Shown piece by piece: positions 22,417 through 35,007 of a stretch of 64,000 nucleotides of DNA (its first letter is position 1; every line of letters starts with the position of its first letter). The stretch covers positions 1 to 64,000 of the forward strand of contig NW_005201912.1 of the NCBI RefSeq assembly GCF_000372725.1. The letters run 5' to 3'. The notes under the pieces are model-generated. The model was not told where the DNA came from, made no database searches, and saw only the letters and a program-made list of their open reading frames with translations. Origin of the DNA: Emiliania huxleyi CCMP1516. Taxonomy: Eukaryota. A program made the position numbers and the translations under genes.

Positions 22417-23937
22417 ATGAGCGGCGCCATCGGCCCGGTCGTGCCCGCCGAGCTGTGCCAGGGCAACCTGGGCTCGCTGCGCGCCCTCCTCGCCGGGCGG
22501 ACGCGCGGCCCAGCGCTCACGGCCCTGCTCGACACCCGGCTGGAGGCCAAGAACCACTTCACGCTGCTTATGATCGCCGCTCAGCACGGGCAGGCCGACG
22601 CCGTGCGGCTGCTGATCGAGAGCGGCGCGAGCGTGGGTGCGACGACGGGCCGTGGCTCCACCGCGCTGGTCATCGCGTGCCAGGAGGGCCAGCTCGAGTG
22701 CGTTCGGCTGCTCCTCGAGGCCAGCGCGGCGGTCAACCAAGCAGACGCTGACGGCTTCACGCCGCTGTTCATCGCATGCCAGAAGGGCCAGCTCGAGTGC
22801 GTCCAGCTGCTTCTTGAGGCTGACGCGGCGGTCGACAAAGCCACGGGCCGCGGCACCACGCCGTTGTACATCGCGTGCGAGAAGGGCCAGCTCGACTGCG
22901 TTCGGCTGCTTCTCGGCGCCAGCGCGGCGGTCGACCAAGCCACGGACGGCGGCGCCACGCCGCTGTTCGCTGCGAGCCAGAATGGCCAGATCGACTGCGC
23001 CCGTCTGATGCTCGCCGCTGGCGCTGCGGTGAACCAAGCAGACACTGGCGGCTTCACGCCGCTGTTCGTCGCGTGCCAGGAGGGTCACCTCGACATCGTC
23101 CGGCTGCTCCTCGAGGCCAGCGCGGCGGCCAATCAAGCCACAGGCCGCGGCGTCACGCCCCTGCACGTTGCGTGCCTGGAGGGCCACCTCGAGATCGTGC
23201 TCTGCCTGCTGCGGGCGGGCGCTGACACGGCGGCGCGCACCTCAACCGGGCATACACCGCTGCAGTTCGCCAAGGAGGAGGGCCACGCCGAGTGCGAGCG
23301 CGCACTCGAGGCGGCGTCAAGGGAGGCGAAGAGAGCGGAGATTGAGGCGAAGGTGGAGAGGGCAGTGGCCGAGAGGGCGGCGGCCGAGAGGGTGGAGGCC
23401 GAGAGGGCGGCCGAGGAGGCTGCGGCGGCGCTGCTGGCGGAGGAGCAGTCGGAGAAGTGCCCCGAGGAGAAGAAGAAGGCCAAGAAGAGGGGCAAGAAGA
23501 AGAAAGGCAAGGGCGGCGGGGGAGGCGCTGGGCCGTCGCAAGAGCCCGAGGCGCCGGCGGAAGAGGCGGCGGAGGAGGCGGGGGCGGCGGCGGAGGAGGC
23601 GGAGCTTGCGGCGGCGCTCGAGGAGAGCGCGAGGCTGGAGGAGGGGAGGCGGGCGGCGGAGGAGCAAGGGCCGTCCTCGGCTGCAGAGGCGCCGGCTCCG
23701 AGGGAGGAGGAGCCGCCGGCCGACTTCATCTGCCCGATCACGACCGAGCTCATGAGTGACCCGGTGATGGCGGCGGACGGGCATTCGTACGAGCGGTCGG
23801 CGATCGAGCGCTGGCTCGCGACCAGGTCGACGAGCCCGATGACGGGCGAGGCGCTCGTGCACAGTTTCCTCGCCCCCAACCACATGGTGCGCCGGCAGAT
23901 CCGGGAGTGGGAAGAGGCGAACGCATGCTGTTGCTGA
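22417..23937 (+). CDS. Ankyrin-repeat + U-box E3 ubiquitin ligase
   Basis: ~8 G.TPL.IAC..G..ECV.LLL repeats; C-terminal PADFICPITTELMSDPVMAADGHSYERSAIERWL..SPMTG..LAPN; TATATAAA at ~22335. Confidence 0.93.
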   Translation: MSGAIGPVVPAELCQGNLGSLRALLAGRTRGPALTALLDTRLEAKNHFTLLMIAAQHGQADAVRLLIESGASVGATTGRGSTALVIACQEGQLECVRLLLEASAAVNQADADGFTPLFIACQKGQLECVQLLLEADAAVDKATGRGTTPLYIACEKGQLDCVRLLLGASAAVDQATDGGATPLFAASQNGQIDCARLMLAAGAAVNQADTGGFTPLFVACQEGHLDIVRLLLEASAAANQATGRGVTPLHVACLEGHLEIVLCLLRAGADTAARTSTGHTPLQFAKEEGHAECERALEAASREAKRAEIEAKVERAVAERAAAERVEAERAAEEAAAALLAEEQSEKCPEEKKKAKKRGKKKKGKGGGGGAGPSQEPEAPAEEAAEEAGAAAEEAELAAALEESARLEEGRRAAEEQGPSSAAEAPAPREEEPPADFICPITTELMSDPVMAADGHSYERSAIERWLATRSTSPMTGEALVHSFLAPNHMVRRQIREWEEANACCC

Positions 23938-24477
23938 AGACGAGAGAGCGCAGCGCGTGCGCCGCCCGCCACCGTCGGCCGTCGCCGCAGGCGGCCGGGC
24001 GCGGCATGCACAGCTTACACACCCTCCCGCCGGTGCCGGTCTCGACACTCGACTCTCGAGAGACGCCTCCGGCCCTCTCCCGCTTTGGAATGGACAAAAA
24101 ACGAGACGGCCAGGCAGAGGCCAGTGAGAGCGAGCACGCACACCCCTATAGCCTATAGGAACGGAACACCATTATTTACCCCGCCGGGTCATCTCGAGTG
24201 ACCTTGCAGCCCGGCGCCTCGTGAGGCGCTGCTGACAGCGGGAAGGGTTGGGGGTGACGGGCATGTGTGCTGTGCCCGTCACCCCTCTGTACTGTGTCTA
24301 CACGGGGAGTGGCTGGGCCGGGGAGTGGGTTGGGCGCTGGCGAAGTGAGCATCCTCGACCAAAGAGAGCGCCTCGCCATGGCAGTCTACACGTGCTCTGA
24401 GCCGCTGTCTCCATTCGCTGTGTGTTCCAGTTTGCCATGGTCATCGAATCTCCGTGTGCCAGATTGCGAGAAGTGAG

Positions 24478-24770
24478 CATGCCGAGCTAGTCCCGCGGCG
24501 CGAAGAGACCCGGGCGCATTGCAGAAGGCAGTTGAGCAGTGTGCGGTCGAGAGGCGTGGAGCGGTGGAGGAGGGAGGAGCGTGTCCGAGCTGGTCCCGCG
24601 GCGCGAAGAGACCCGGGCGCAGCACAGTTGAATAGGGTGCGGTCGAGAGGCGTGGAGCGGAGGAGGAGGGGGGAGCGTGTCCGAGCTGGTCCCGCGGCGC
24701 GAAGAAACCCGGGCGCATCACAGTTCAAGAGTAGGGTGCGGTCGAGAGGCGTGGAGCGGTGAGGCATAGA
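24478..24770. repeat. ~100-bp tandem repeat, 3 copies
   Basis: TCCCGCGGCGCGAAGA at ~24491, ~24593 and ~24689. Confidence 0.9.
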
Positions 24771-25184
24771 GCGGGTGGCGAGGAGGTCCAAGGGAGGAGG
24801 AGATGGTTGCTTCGTGGACTGCCTGTGAGTGAGTTGTCCGTCTGTCTCCATACCTTATCATCGCCTCGTCAGTGAGTTGTCCGTCTGTCTCCATATCATA
24901 TCATCGCCTCGTGTGCGGCAGCGCCGAGCAGCAGAACGAAGAGCAGCGACGACTGCGGTTGGAGCGCGGGAGCGAGGGACGCGCGCCGCGGCGGAGAGAG
25001 CGGTGGCAGGAGGAGTGGCGGCGGTCTTCGGGATCGCATGTGCGTTGGTGAAGGTGCTGTGCGGCTGTCGGTGTCATCGTGGCTCCGTCACCATTCGTCC
25101 GTCACCATATCAAACCTACAGGCAGAAGGGGGGGGGAGTTAAGTCGTGGAGCTATGTGTGGGGGGTTGGTGCGGCGCGACCATA

Positions 25185-26165
25185 TCATCGCCTCGTGTGC
25201 GGCAGCGCCGAGCAGCAGGACGGGTAGCGACTGCGGTGGAGCGTCGGAGCGAGGGCGGGGGGGGCAGGGGGCGCGGCGGCCGCACGGTGGCGGCGGCGGC
25301 GGCGGCGGTGGTGAGGGGGGGAGAGGGAGGCGACGGGCGGTGGTGGAGAGACGGCGCCAAATGTGGATCACGCTCTCTCACCGCATGCTTGCACCGAGGC
25401 GCCGAGGCGAGACGACGAGCGCGACTGCGAGGTTGGAACACCGGACGAGGGGGCGGGGCGGGCGGCGGCGGAGGCGGAGGCGGCGGAGGCGGCGGAGGTG
25501 GCGGTGGCGGGTGGAGCGAGGTGACAGAGGCGAAGAGGAGCTGACTGGCCTCGCGTGCCGCGTGCCGCCGAGCAGGAAAGTAGCGACTGCGGTGGAGCGT
25601 CGGAGCGAGGGCGGGGGGGGCGGGGGGCGCGGCGGCCGCACGGTGGCGGCGGCGGCGGCGGCGGCGGTGAGGGGGGGAGAGGGAGGCGACGGGCGGTGGT
25701 GTAGGTGGAGAGAAGCACACACGGACTTGCCGAAGGATGCTCGAGCCGGAGGCTTGGTTGCAACTGCGGTTGGCAGCGGAAGCGAAGGGCGGGGCCGGGC
25801 CGGGCAGGCGCAGTCGAGTGACACCCGGCGCCAAATGTGGATCACGCTCTCTCACCGCATGCTTGCACCGAGGCGCCGAGGCGAGACGACGAGCGCGACT
25901 GCGAGGTTGGAACTCCGGACGAGGGGGCGGGGCGGGCGGCGGCGGAGGCGGAGGCGGCGGAGGCGGCGGAGGTGGCGGTGGCGGGTGGAGCGAGGTGACA
26001 GAGGCGAAGAGGAGCTGACTGGCCTCGCGTGCCGCGTGCCGCCGAGCAGGAAAGTAGCGACTGCGGTGGAGCGTCGGAACGAGAGCGGGGGGGGGGCGGG
26101 GGGCGCGGCGGCCGCACGGTGGCGGCGGCGGCGGCGGCGGGGGAGGTGGAGAGAAGCACAGACGC
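25185..26165. repeat. ~475-bp tandem duplication with GGC tracts
   Basis: CCAAATGTGGATCACGCTCTCTCACCGCATGC at ~25356 and ~25831 with colinear downstream sequence. Confidence 0.9.
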
Positions 26166-26289
26166 GAACCGAAGTCCTGGACCTACCTGTCTCTATCCAA
26201 CCGATGGCGTGAGATAGGGTGCTGACCTTTCTCGCCGAGGCTCGCCGTGGCCCCACACGGCGGCCTCTGCTCGCGTTTTCGAGCCAGGA

Positions 26290-27988
26290 CCTTCGTCCGG
26301 GCCCACGGCCGGCACGCCGTCAAATTTTCTCGCCGATCCCGCGCGCTCGGCCGCCACCGCGGCGCCTCCGAGAGCGCCGTTTCGACACGCTGCAGCCGCG
26401 GGCCGCGGCACCTCGACACACCGCCTCTCGCGCCGCCTCGAGGTGCTCCGATCGTGCACGCGGGTCGGCTCGGCACGGTGCGTGCGAATTATTGCATGTA
26501 TTCGCACTCGCTGCGCCACGTATCTGCCTCTGACGGCCCGATACGCCTCCCGAAGCGCCACCGGTCCACACACGCGGGGCTGCGCGACTCTCTCGCGGCC
26601 CACCGCCCTCCCACACGCCGTTCGACCTCCACACAGGCGCTCGCTCGAGCCTCGCCGTCCGGGCGGTCCTGCGCGTCCAGATCTCGGCGACCATGACCCG
26701 CCACGCGCCAGCTCTGCACCTCTCCCGCGCGCGCCCGGCTGCTGGCATGGCGAGGCGGGCGAGGCTGGCGCGCTGCGACCGGTGGAGCGCCGCGCGGGCA
26801 GCGCACCAGTCTCGCACGCACCTCTCCACTGCGCCGCGTGCGCCGAGTTGCGTCAAGACGCAGTCAGCGGCCTTGACGGGTGAGTTCACACATAGCTCGC
26901 GGTCTGAGCGAGGCTCTTGGTGCGGCGGCAGCGTAGTGTGTGTGTGCGGAAGCAGCGCTCCTCGAGCCAAGGCTCGATGGCGGACGAGCGGTAGTGCGCA
27001 AGGCGAAGGGACGACCGCAGACTTCACACCCAAAAAACGTCGTCACACTGGGGGGGGGGGGGGGCAATGCGGTAAGGCTGCCCAACGGGGGCTCACCCCC
27101 TGCACCGGGGGGGGGGGGGCAGTCCCGGGACTGGGATTGCGCGCCCCGGGCGCCTGTTCTTCGGAAAAGTGGACACGTGCGCTCCCGTTTTGTGAGAAAA
27201 CCAAAAAAGAAACACATTCCCAGGGACCTCCGAAGCGGGGGGGACCGGGAGCCCGAGATTGTCCGTATCCATGTCCATGTGACGCGGGTCGCGGCGCGTC
27301 GCCTCTCGTCACAGTCTCAACACGCGATCTCGACCTGGGGTGTGTTGAGCCAGCGATCAGCACCACAAGCCACCACAAGCCACACCGTGACTACCCTGTG
27401 ACCACATGTTGAGCCTCGCAGCACACTGCCAGCGGCGCACGCGGCGCAGTGGAGAGGTGCGTGCGAGGCTGGTGCGCTGCCCGCGCGGCGCTCCACCGGT
27501 CGCAGCGCGCCAGCCTCGCCCGCCTCGCCATGCCAGCAGCCGGGCGCGCGCGGGAGAGGTGCAGAGCTGGCGCGTGGCGGGTCATGGTCGCCGAGATCTG
27601 GACGCGCAGGACCGCCCGGACGGCGAGGCTCGAGCGAGCGCCTGTGTGGAGGTCGAACGGCGTGTGGGAGGGCGGTGGGCCGCGAGAGAGTCGCGCAGCC
27701 CCGCGTGTGTGGACCGGTGGCGCTTCGGGAGGCGTATCGGGCCGTCAGAGGCAGATACGTGGCGCAGCGAGTGCGAATACATGCAATAATTTGCACGCAC
27801 CGTGCCGAGCCGACCCGCGTGCACGATCGGAGCACCTCAAGGCGGCGCGAGAGGCGGTGTGTCGAGGTGCCGCGGCCCGCGGCTGCAGCGTGTCGAAACG
27901 GCGCTCTCGGAGGCGCCGCGGTGGCGGCCGAGCGCGCGGGATCGGCGAGAAAATTTGACGGCGTGCCGGCCGTGGGCCCGGACGAAGG
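26290..27988. mobile_element. Foldback structure: ~555-bp inverted arms around a ~590-bp spacer
   Basis: 26290-26845 is the near-perfect reverse complement of 27433-27988; no TSD found. Confidence 0.75.
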
Positions 27989-28039
27989 CGCCGCCGGCTC
28001 GGATTGAGCTCAGTGGCATCAGGGGCGCCTCCAGCACTC

Positions 28040-30190
28040 AAGACAGTAGCACGCTGTTTCTGTCTTGGCCGCCACTGACGCGAAAATCCTATCTCGCGCC
28101 CTAGTTGGGTAGCTAGTCCCTTGTTAGCCCCGAAAAATACTGTCCCGTTTTGCGCCGTGGCGGGCGTGCGCAATCGACACCAGAAGTGCATCCTGGACAT
28201 GAGCCCAGAGGCCGAGAGACTGCTCGGAGGGGAGTTCCGGCTCCATATAGTGGCGCTAGACGAGGAGGGAAGGCTCGTGAGATGCAGCGTCACGACGGTC
28301 TCCCACAAGGCAGCGAGCGCGGAAAAGGGACCAGAGACGTCCAGGGGGTCGGCCCGTTACCTCGGGGCCCATCTTAGTGCTCGGGGGGGCGGTGGAGGGG
28401 GACCGGAGCGGTTCTGGGAGGAACAGGACGCAGTGGCGCGCAGAACAGCTATGGATGGCATTTGACAGAAGCACGGCATCCATCCAACCGAACTTCCCTG
28501 TGACGACGCTAGCAGCGGCGGGTGTGTTATACCAGCGAGTGAAGCTGATGTGGGTGGCCCACCCCCCGGGCCCCGAGGTGTTGGAGACGGCCCGTGTGGT
28601 GGCCGCTCGGGCGTCGTTGCGAGCCCTCCGGCTAGCCCCCACCCCGCTCACGGCCCAGCGCTCGGCGGCGATGGAGGTGGTGCTGCTCCCGCTAGACCTG
28701 GGAGGGTGCGGAACGATGGACCCGGCAACCAACCTGGCCAAGGACATAGCGGTGAACACCCTGGCGGGACTACAACACCAGGCTGCAGCGGTGAGGAGGT
28801 CGTACACCATCCGGATGGAGGAGGCCACACGAGACCAGCCGATGGGGGGGGATGACTCGGCGACGCGGAGGGAGGATACGGTGCGAGGCCTCGCTAACGT
28901 GCAGCTCCACCGGGGACGCCAGGACCCTCCCCCTGTGCGAGGGCCGGGAGAACTCGTGCGGGAAGAGAGGGCGAAGTGCGCCCCCCTATCACAACGTGCG
29001 ATAGAGATCCTGGAAGTGGCGCCGCCGCCCGGCCCCCCTGCCCTTCGGATTGTCTTGGGCGAGCACAGGCCAAAGGGTGGGAGACAGGTGGTGGTGAATG
29101 TGGGGAGGGGGACCAAGTGGAGTCGGGCCTTAGCACACGTTTTCGCAAGAAGGGAGGAGCCGGGGAGCACCGACCAGATGGGGCTGGAGGAGGCGGGCCG
29201 GGGGGCGTACCGAAGATGGCTCAGACTTGGGGACGTCCGGGCAGTGGACATGAACGAGGAGGGGGGGGGGGCTCTGCCAACGGGGATCCGCCCCACGTCG
29301 GATCTCGAACAGCTGGTGGGGAACGAAGTGGTGAGGGCGCTGACCCAGATTAGCCGTGAACACGGATCGGCGACGGGTGCCCTGGTCCTGACATGGGGCA
29401 GCGGAGGTGACCAGCTCGGGCACCGAGAGATCGTTGCGGAAGAACTGCGGGGCCTTGTACGGCAGAACCAGCCGCAGGCGGGAGCACGGAGGGAGGAAGC
29501 CACGCGAGCCTCAGACGGGGGAGGAGCAGAAACGGGGGAGGGACAGCCGACGGCACGAGTCGGAGGAAGGGCTGAACCGAACCAAATTGGCCACGAGCCT
29601 CCTCCCCGGATCCGCACGCCTGGCTATGAGTCGGTGGTTTTCCTAGACGAGGTCACGCGGGTGATGAGGGCGAGGCATGCCTTCGGCGTCCTCGGGGATG
29701 TAGTGGTCCACGCGACGCCATCCCGAGGGAGGGTGGAGCGGCTGTACCAACAGGCGGTGACCCGGCTGGGACACATGGACCAAAAACGGAAGCAGGCGGG
29801 GAGGCCGCCATGTACCAATGAGCAGGTGGCCGAGGCGAGGGAAAGGCTGCGGAAGGCAAGGGCCGAGCTGCTCAATGACATGTTCAGGGGGGAGGAACAT
29901 GCTAGGATCCGACAAGAAGGGAGGCCGGTCACCCGAAGGGTTCGGTGCCCTATTGACATAGGGGCGCTCGAGGCGTACGCCGCGTCGGCGGCAGGGGCCA
30001 GAGTGATTCGGCGAGACCGGCACTTCTTCGCGAACCAAACGCACCACGACGTGGTGAGGGCTTTTCTCCAGAGGGTGAGACCGGGGCCGGACCCGCGGAC
30101 GGGGTTTGTGGACATCGAATTTGAACACGGGAGACGCACGGACGCCTTAGTGGCGGCGGGTTGGCTCTCCGGGGGGAGGGAGTACGCTAC
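28040..30190 (+). mobile_element. 3' fragment of a non-LTR retrotransposon ORF
   Basis: SARYLGAHL (RT thumb YLG) then, after a frameshift, VLLPLDLGGCGTMDP, matching the LINE L.LP...GGLG motif; long intronless ORF 28377-30190. Confidence 0.6.
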
Positions 30191-30194
30191 AACC

Positions 30195-30575
30195 CCTGGC
30201 TGTGGTCGAGTCCAGCCGACACAGCGACAACGCGCTGCCCAGCGAAGGCCTCGATCTTCTTCGGCAGCAGCTGGCTCTGCGTGTCGCCGTGGCCCAGCTC
30301 GCCACCGAGTCCACGGCCTCAGCTCCAGATTGCGCCGTCGGCGGTGAGGGCGAGGCTGTGGTTGGCGGCAGAGATAGCGACGACACGCCGCTCCGCCAAG
30401 GCCTCGACCTTCTTCGGCAGCAGCTGGTCCTGCTCGTCGCCGTGGCCCAAGCGGCCACTCAGCCCGCAGCCCCAGCTCCAGACAACGCCGTCGGCGGTGA
30501 GAGCGAGGCTGTGCGCGGCTCCAACCGACACGCTCACGGCGCGCTCGCCGCCCAGCGTAGAAGAGATCCGCTCGC
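30195..30575 (-). pseudogene. RCC1-repeat gene fragment with an in-frame stop
   Basis: VSVGAAHSLALTADGVVWSWG..GRLGHGDEQDQLLPKKVEAL..HSLALTADGAIWS*G..GELGHGD. Confidence 0.85.
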
Positions 30576-31329
30576 ACCCCGTCGAGGTGACTGGGAAGAT
30601 AGGGGAAGATAGGGGGAGATAGGGGGAGATAGGGGGAGATAGGGGGAGATAGGGGAGATAGGGGGAGATACGCACCCCGTGGAGGTGGTTGGCAAGGAGC
30701 CGCGTGTCTGCACGACGACCCCTCACCGCTAACCGCTCCTCACACGTCGTCCGCCAGGTGATTGGCAAGGAGCTGCGCGGCTACATGACACTGCGATGGA
30801 GCGCGCCACACCACTCCCGAGGGGTGGGGGGGGGACGTGGACCCCGCCCTGTTCACACGCCGCGACTGTGAATAGGAGCGCATCTCCACCGACCAGGGGG
30901 TGGGCATCGGCACCAAGAACACCTGAGGCATTACCCGCGGGGCTCGCGGGGGCGCGAGGCGGGGGTGCGGGGGGGTGCCCGGTGCGGGCAGCGCGCCACG
31001 TGGCTGGGAGAGTCTACCGGTCGAGGGAGAGAGGAGCGGCGCGGGGGAGGGGAGGCTGGGGGTATAAGGAGACACCGCCGCCGCCGCCGTCCCGTTTCTT
31101 GATCTCCGCCGGGAGCTCCGAGACGGGCGGCGCCGAGAGCCCGAGATACCGACACGACCAGCGACCGAGAGTACACTGGGGTGTATACGACATAGCTGTG
31201 CGCATGGTACATAGCAGGTAGGCGTAATTTATGGGTCTCGCCTTACTCCCTGTACTCAACAAAGATCTAAAACGTAAAGTTACACCGCTGTCTGGACGAA
31301 GCACGAACACGATCGATATGCAGGAAGGA

Positions 31330-33579
31330 TCACTTCAGGTGGTGCTCGATATCCCTCGCGGCTCTGCGCCAGCGTCCCGCGTCAAACTGGCAAAAGAACG
31401 ATCCTGCATCCCGCGTTGTGAAGATATCGTCGTGGTTGCTGCACATTTCGTTCAGTAGGCACACTTCGAGGTAGTAGACATCGTCCTCTGTAAAGTAGCC
31501 CTCGCGTGAGTTGAACTCGTCGATGCTCAACTCCCCTGGGGCTTCGGTGAAAATGATCTCGGTCTCGCAACGGCGGCCAGCCTGGCATGCCTCGCCGAGC
31601 ACAACGCAGATCATCCACTCCGTGTTTCGACACATGTCCCACTTTCCGATGCGCAGGATGTTGAACCCCGCCGATCGGCAGGCGCTGCCCGGGTCACCTC
31701 CAGAACCTCCGCGCTGATCACAGAACCTGGTCATGCTCCGCGCAAAGCCAAACACAGTGGGTGCGTCCAAGTTGTTGCCCCAGTCCTGCTGGCATTTGGG
31801 CCCTGTGGCTACCCAATCCCACCAGTTAGTGGTCTCGAGTTGCCAGCACGCCCTCTGCCCAGGCCAACGATACTTCCTGTTTGCCCAGTAATCCCACCCA
31901 GTGCCCCAGAGGCCCGAGAACTTGTGCTTCGGGTCCCGTATGAGGTCGGAGCACATGCTGCTGCTCATTCGGCCGATGTGGTGGATGGGCGGCGGCGGCG
32001 GCGGCGGCAGTGGCGGCACATCCCAGCGCGAGTCGCCATCAAAGAAGGGTCCGGCAGGGCGGCTAAGATCCACGCCGACGATGGGCAGCGTGATGTTGAA
32101 CTGCTTCTGGAACAATCGGCGGGCCCAGAACGCCAGGGCTTTGCCACCGGGGCGTGAGCGATCCGCCGCCGCCAGTCTCGCTACCGCCTCTGTCGTGTCG
32201 GAAACAAAGAAGAAGGCCTCGACGATCGTCGGGAGGGCCGCCTCGCACGCTTTGCCCTCGAGGATAATCTCGTTGTAGAGTTGGCACTTTGGCCAGGTGC
32301 AGCAGTCGCAGCACGGGCCGAGGCCGCGTGCTGCGCGCTCCCTTGGCGCGCAGTCACCGCGGCGCTCGAGGTGGTGGCGCAGCATGCCCTCGAGGCCGGC
32401 CTTGCCGCGGTAGCCATCGGAGTTCCTGTCGATCCAGTCGGGACAGCCGGGGGTGCACGTGGGTGACACGCCCGGCGGGTCACACATGAACCTCGACGTT
32501 CCCACATCCGTCGTGTACGAGCAAAGGATCGCCTCTTGCGCCGGCCCGGGCGCCAGCACCATCCCCGCAGACGCATCGATGGTGCCGAGCTGCGAGCCGT
32601 CATTGCCCATGTAGAAGAAGGGGGTCGCGGCGTTGGTCACAGAGACCGACCAGCGATCCCCCCACCCCGGCCTGCTGCTGCCTGTGGCCGACCACGGCGC
32701 ATGCGCGTCGTCCATGAGGCGGTCGTACTGGTCGAACGCATTCATCACGACACCAGCGTCCGCAAAGGTCGCGCTCGGGCGGCCCTGGGCGAACCGCTCG
32801 TTGAGACGCGCCACGACGAGAGGCGCGGGCAGGTTCGGCGGCGGCGGCGCCGACCGCAAGTGCAGGTCAAATGCCGTATCGAACTCGCACAGCCCCACTA
32901 TGATGCGCGTCTTGCGGTAGCACTTCCCCTCACGGCGCTTCCAAACGACGCCCTCGCAAAACGGCAGCCCAGAAGCTGCCGCGCTCTTGCACGCCGCTTT
33001 GCACTCGGCGAGGGTGCGTGCGCCCGGCACGTCGCTCCCTCGCGGCGAGTCCACCTCCTCCGCGCCGTGGCCGTCCCACCAGCAGTTGCGCCGCTCGTGC
33101 AGGATCCAGGCGTCGGGGGGGGTTTGAGGAGGCGGTGGCGGCGGAGGCGAGGGCGGTGGCGGAGGCGGAGCGTGCGGCGATGGCGGCAAAGTTGGTGGCG
33201 GCGGCGGAGGCGGAGGCGGCGGAGGCGGCAGCGGCAGCGGCGGAGGCGGCGGCGGCTGCAGCGAGTCGGCACGCGGTTGCGACAAAGCTGGTGGCGACGG
33301 CTCGGCCCGTTTGAGCAAGCACACGGTGTTAGCGAGCGGCAGGGTGTGAGAGACGCGTGCAGGCGCCAAAATCAGCTCGCATGCCATGTCCACCCTGCCT
33401 CGCTTTTTTGGTGTGGATGCGTGCTGCGCTGCCACACACGCTCCGCTAGCCCCACAGAGCGCCTCGCACTCGGAGAGGCTGATTCCCCACAAGGCTGGTG
33501 CGCCGCCACGCGCGCCGCTGACGGTACGGCACGCACCGGCGAGCCCTCGAAGCGGCTCGAACGGCATCCTCTGCTTCAC
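31330..33579 (-). CDS. Cys-rich protein: PAN/apple-like domains, Pro linkers and two unknown domains
   Basis: SLSECEALC..C and RRNCWWDGHGA..LAECKAAC..CEGV..CYRK (PAN-like); 749-aa ORF; start uncertain. Confidence 0.75.
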   Translation of the reverse strand: MKQRMPFEPLRGLAGACRTVSGARGGAPALWGISLSECEALCGASGACVAAQHASTPKKRGRVDMACELILAPARVSHTLPLANTVCLLKRAEPSPPALSQPRADSLQPPPPPPLPLPPPPPPPPPPPPTLPPSPHAPPPPPPSPPPPPPPQTPPDAWILHERRNCWWDGHGAEEVDSPRGSDVPGARTLAECKAACKSAAASGLPFCEGVVWKRREGKCYRKTRIIVGLCEFDTAFDLHLRSAPPPPNLPAPLVVARLNERFAQGRPSATFADAGVVMNAFDQYDRLMDDAHAPWSATGSSRPGWGDRWSVSVTNAATPFFYMGNDGSQLGTIDASAGMVLAPGPAQEAILCSYTTDVGTSRFMCDPPGVSPTCTPGCPDWIDRNSDGYRGKAGLEGMLRHHLERRGDCAPRERAARGLGPCCDCCTWPKCQLYNEIILEGKACEAALPTIVEAFFFVSDTTEAVARLAAADRSRPGGKALAFWARRLFQKQFNITLPIVGVDLSRPAGPFFDGDSRWDVPPLPPPPPPPIHHIGRMSSSMCSDLIRDPKHKFSGLWGTGWDYWANRKYRWPGQRACWQLETTNWWDWVATGPKCQQDWGNNLDAPTVFGFARSMTRFCDQRGGSGGDPGSACRSAGFNILRIGKWDMCRNTEWMICVVLGEACQAGRRCETEIIFTEAPGELSIDEFNSREGYFTEDDVYYLEVCLLNEMCSNHDDIFTTRDAGSFFCQFDAGRWRRAARDIEHHLK

Positions 33580-33779
33580 GAGCAGTGCTTCCCCTCTCGG
33601 CGTGGTCCCCCCAGGGCGGTATTATCCCAGACGCTATTCACGTAAACGCACAACCCCGGGCCCCGAAATCGCACAGTACAAATAAAACACACAAAGATCG
33701 AGAAGGGAGAGATAGCAACGACAAGGCGCGAGACACACACGTTCCCCTCGGCTTGGGTTGTAAGCGGGTATTTTCTTCT

Positions 33780-34500
33780 CAATAACAAGGTCTGTGAACT
33801 TATTGATTGATTGATTGGTTGATTGACACACGAGTGTTAGATTTGTTTGGTATTGGTAAAAATCTCTCTTGATTGATGGGACACCAACCAACGCTCTCTC
33901 TCTCTCCCAACGCGGGACGGGCGGTGACGGTCACACAGGAGCGACACACAGAAAGAACCACCATTGATTGATTGATTGATACTAGAAGACCACCGAAACC
34001 CCCCTGCCTGCTCTCTGAATTCGCGGAGCGAAGAAAATTTTATACGGAATACGTCGCTTTTGGGGCCTCGTTTGGAAGAGAGAGAGATTTTTATTAACCA
34101 ACAAGAAATTTCGTTCGTTTGGAATACGTATTCTGGAATACGTGTGGAATACGGCCGGAATACTGCCAATACGGGTAGAATACAGCCCTAGGAGGGGTCG
34201 ATTGGAATACGTGTACTGTTTGTTACTGTTGTTACTGTTGTTCAGCGGCCAGCAAGCAGAAAATGGCAAAAAAAAACGGGTAAACCCCGAAAATACCTGG
34301 GATTTTTCAGGTATTTCGGGTATTACCCGCACTGGACACTAGAGATCGTCGTGGGTCACTGCCAGGCCTTCCTTACTGTTGTTCAGCTGGCCTAACGTTA
34401 GCTACTGTTGTTGGGGAGCCCCACTGTTGTTCTGTTGTTACTGTTAACACTAGCAACACTGTTCAGCTCCTAACGTTAGGCAACCCTAGTACCCCGAGGC
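33780..34500. repeat. AT-richer nest of transposon-terminus-like fragments
   Basis: GAATAC repeats (34122-34210), CCCTAGG at ~34186, TACTGTTGT repeats, and a 32-nt motif identical to 42620-42651. Confidence 0.65.
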
Positions 34501-35007
34501 GGGTGGTAAATCTTAAAGCCGTACACGTACCCCACCGTTTGATTGTTTTGCTTTTGGCCGGAGAGTGTTTGATTGTTCTGGGGGGCTATATACCCGTAAA
34601 TCGCCAGCACTGCATTCCCGGCGGCCCGACGGTGGCCGGCGCCGCTTTGCGCGCCAGCCCCCCCGTCCGCTGCCGGATCCGCGGCCGCGGTCCCTGCGTC
34701 CCTGTCAGCTGACTGTCAATATGAGCTACGCGCGCCATGCCCATGGGGCGACGTGCCCGCCGCTGCCAACAAGGGGTGGGAGAAGACTGTGGGATCTTGG
34801 GTCCCCACCTGCACGAGCAGGATCTTGTAAGGACGATCAGGGACACAGCACACAGGGGAACGACCCCTCTGTGTGACTCTCTCTCCCACACCACGATTTC
34901 ATGAACTTGCGCAAGCCTGCTCGACCCTACCCCCTACCCTGCACACCCCCACCACAGCAATGTGTCCTTCTCTCCCACACCTAGACTAAGACAGACCGCA
35001 CCACCAC

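Noticed and set aside
24478..26165. Repeat arrays as possible CRISPR
   Set aside because: Units are ~100-475 bp without unique spacers, no cas genes, eukaryotic context
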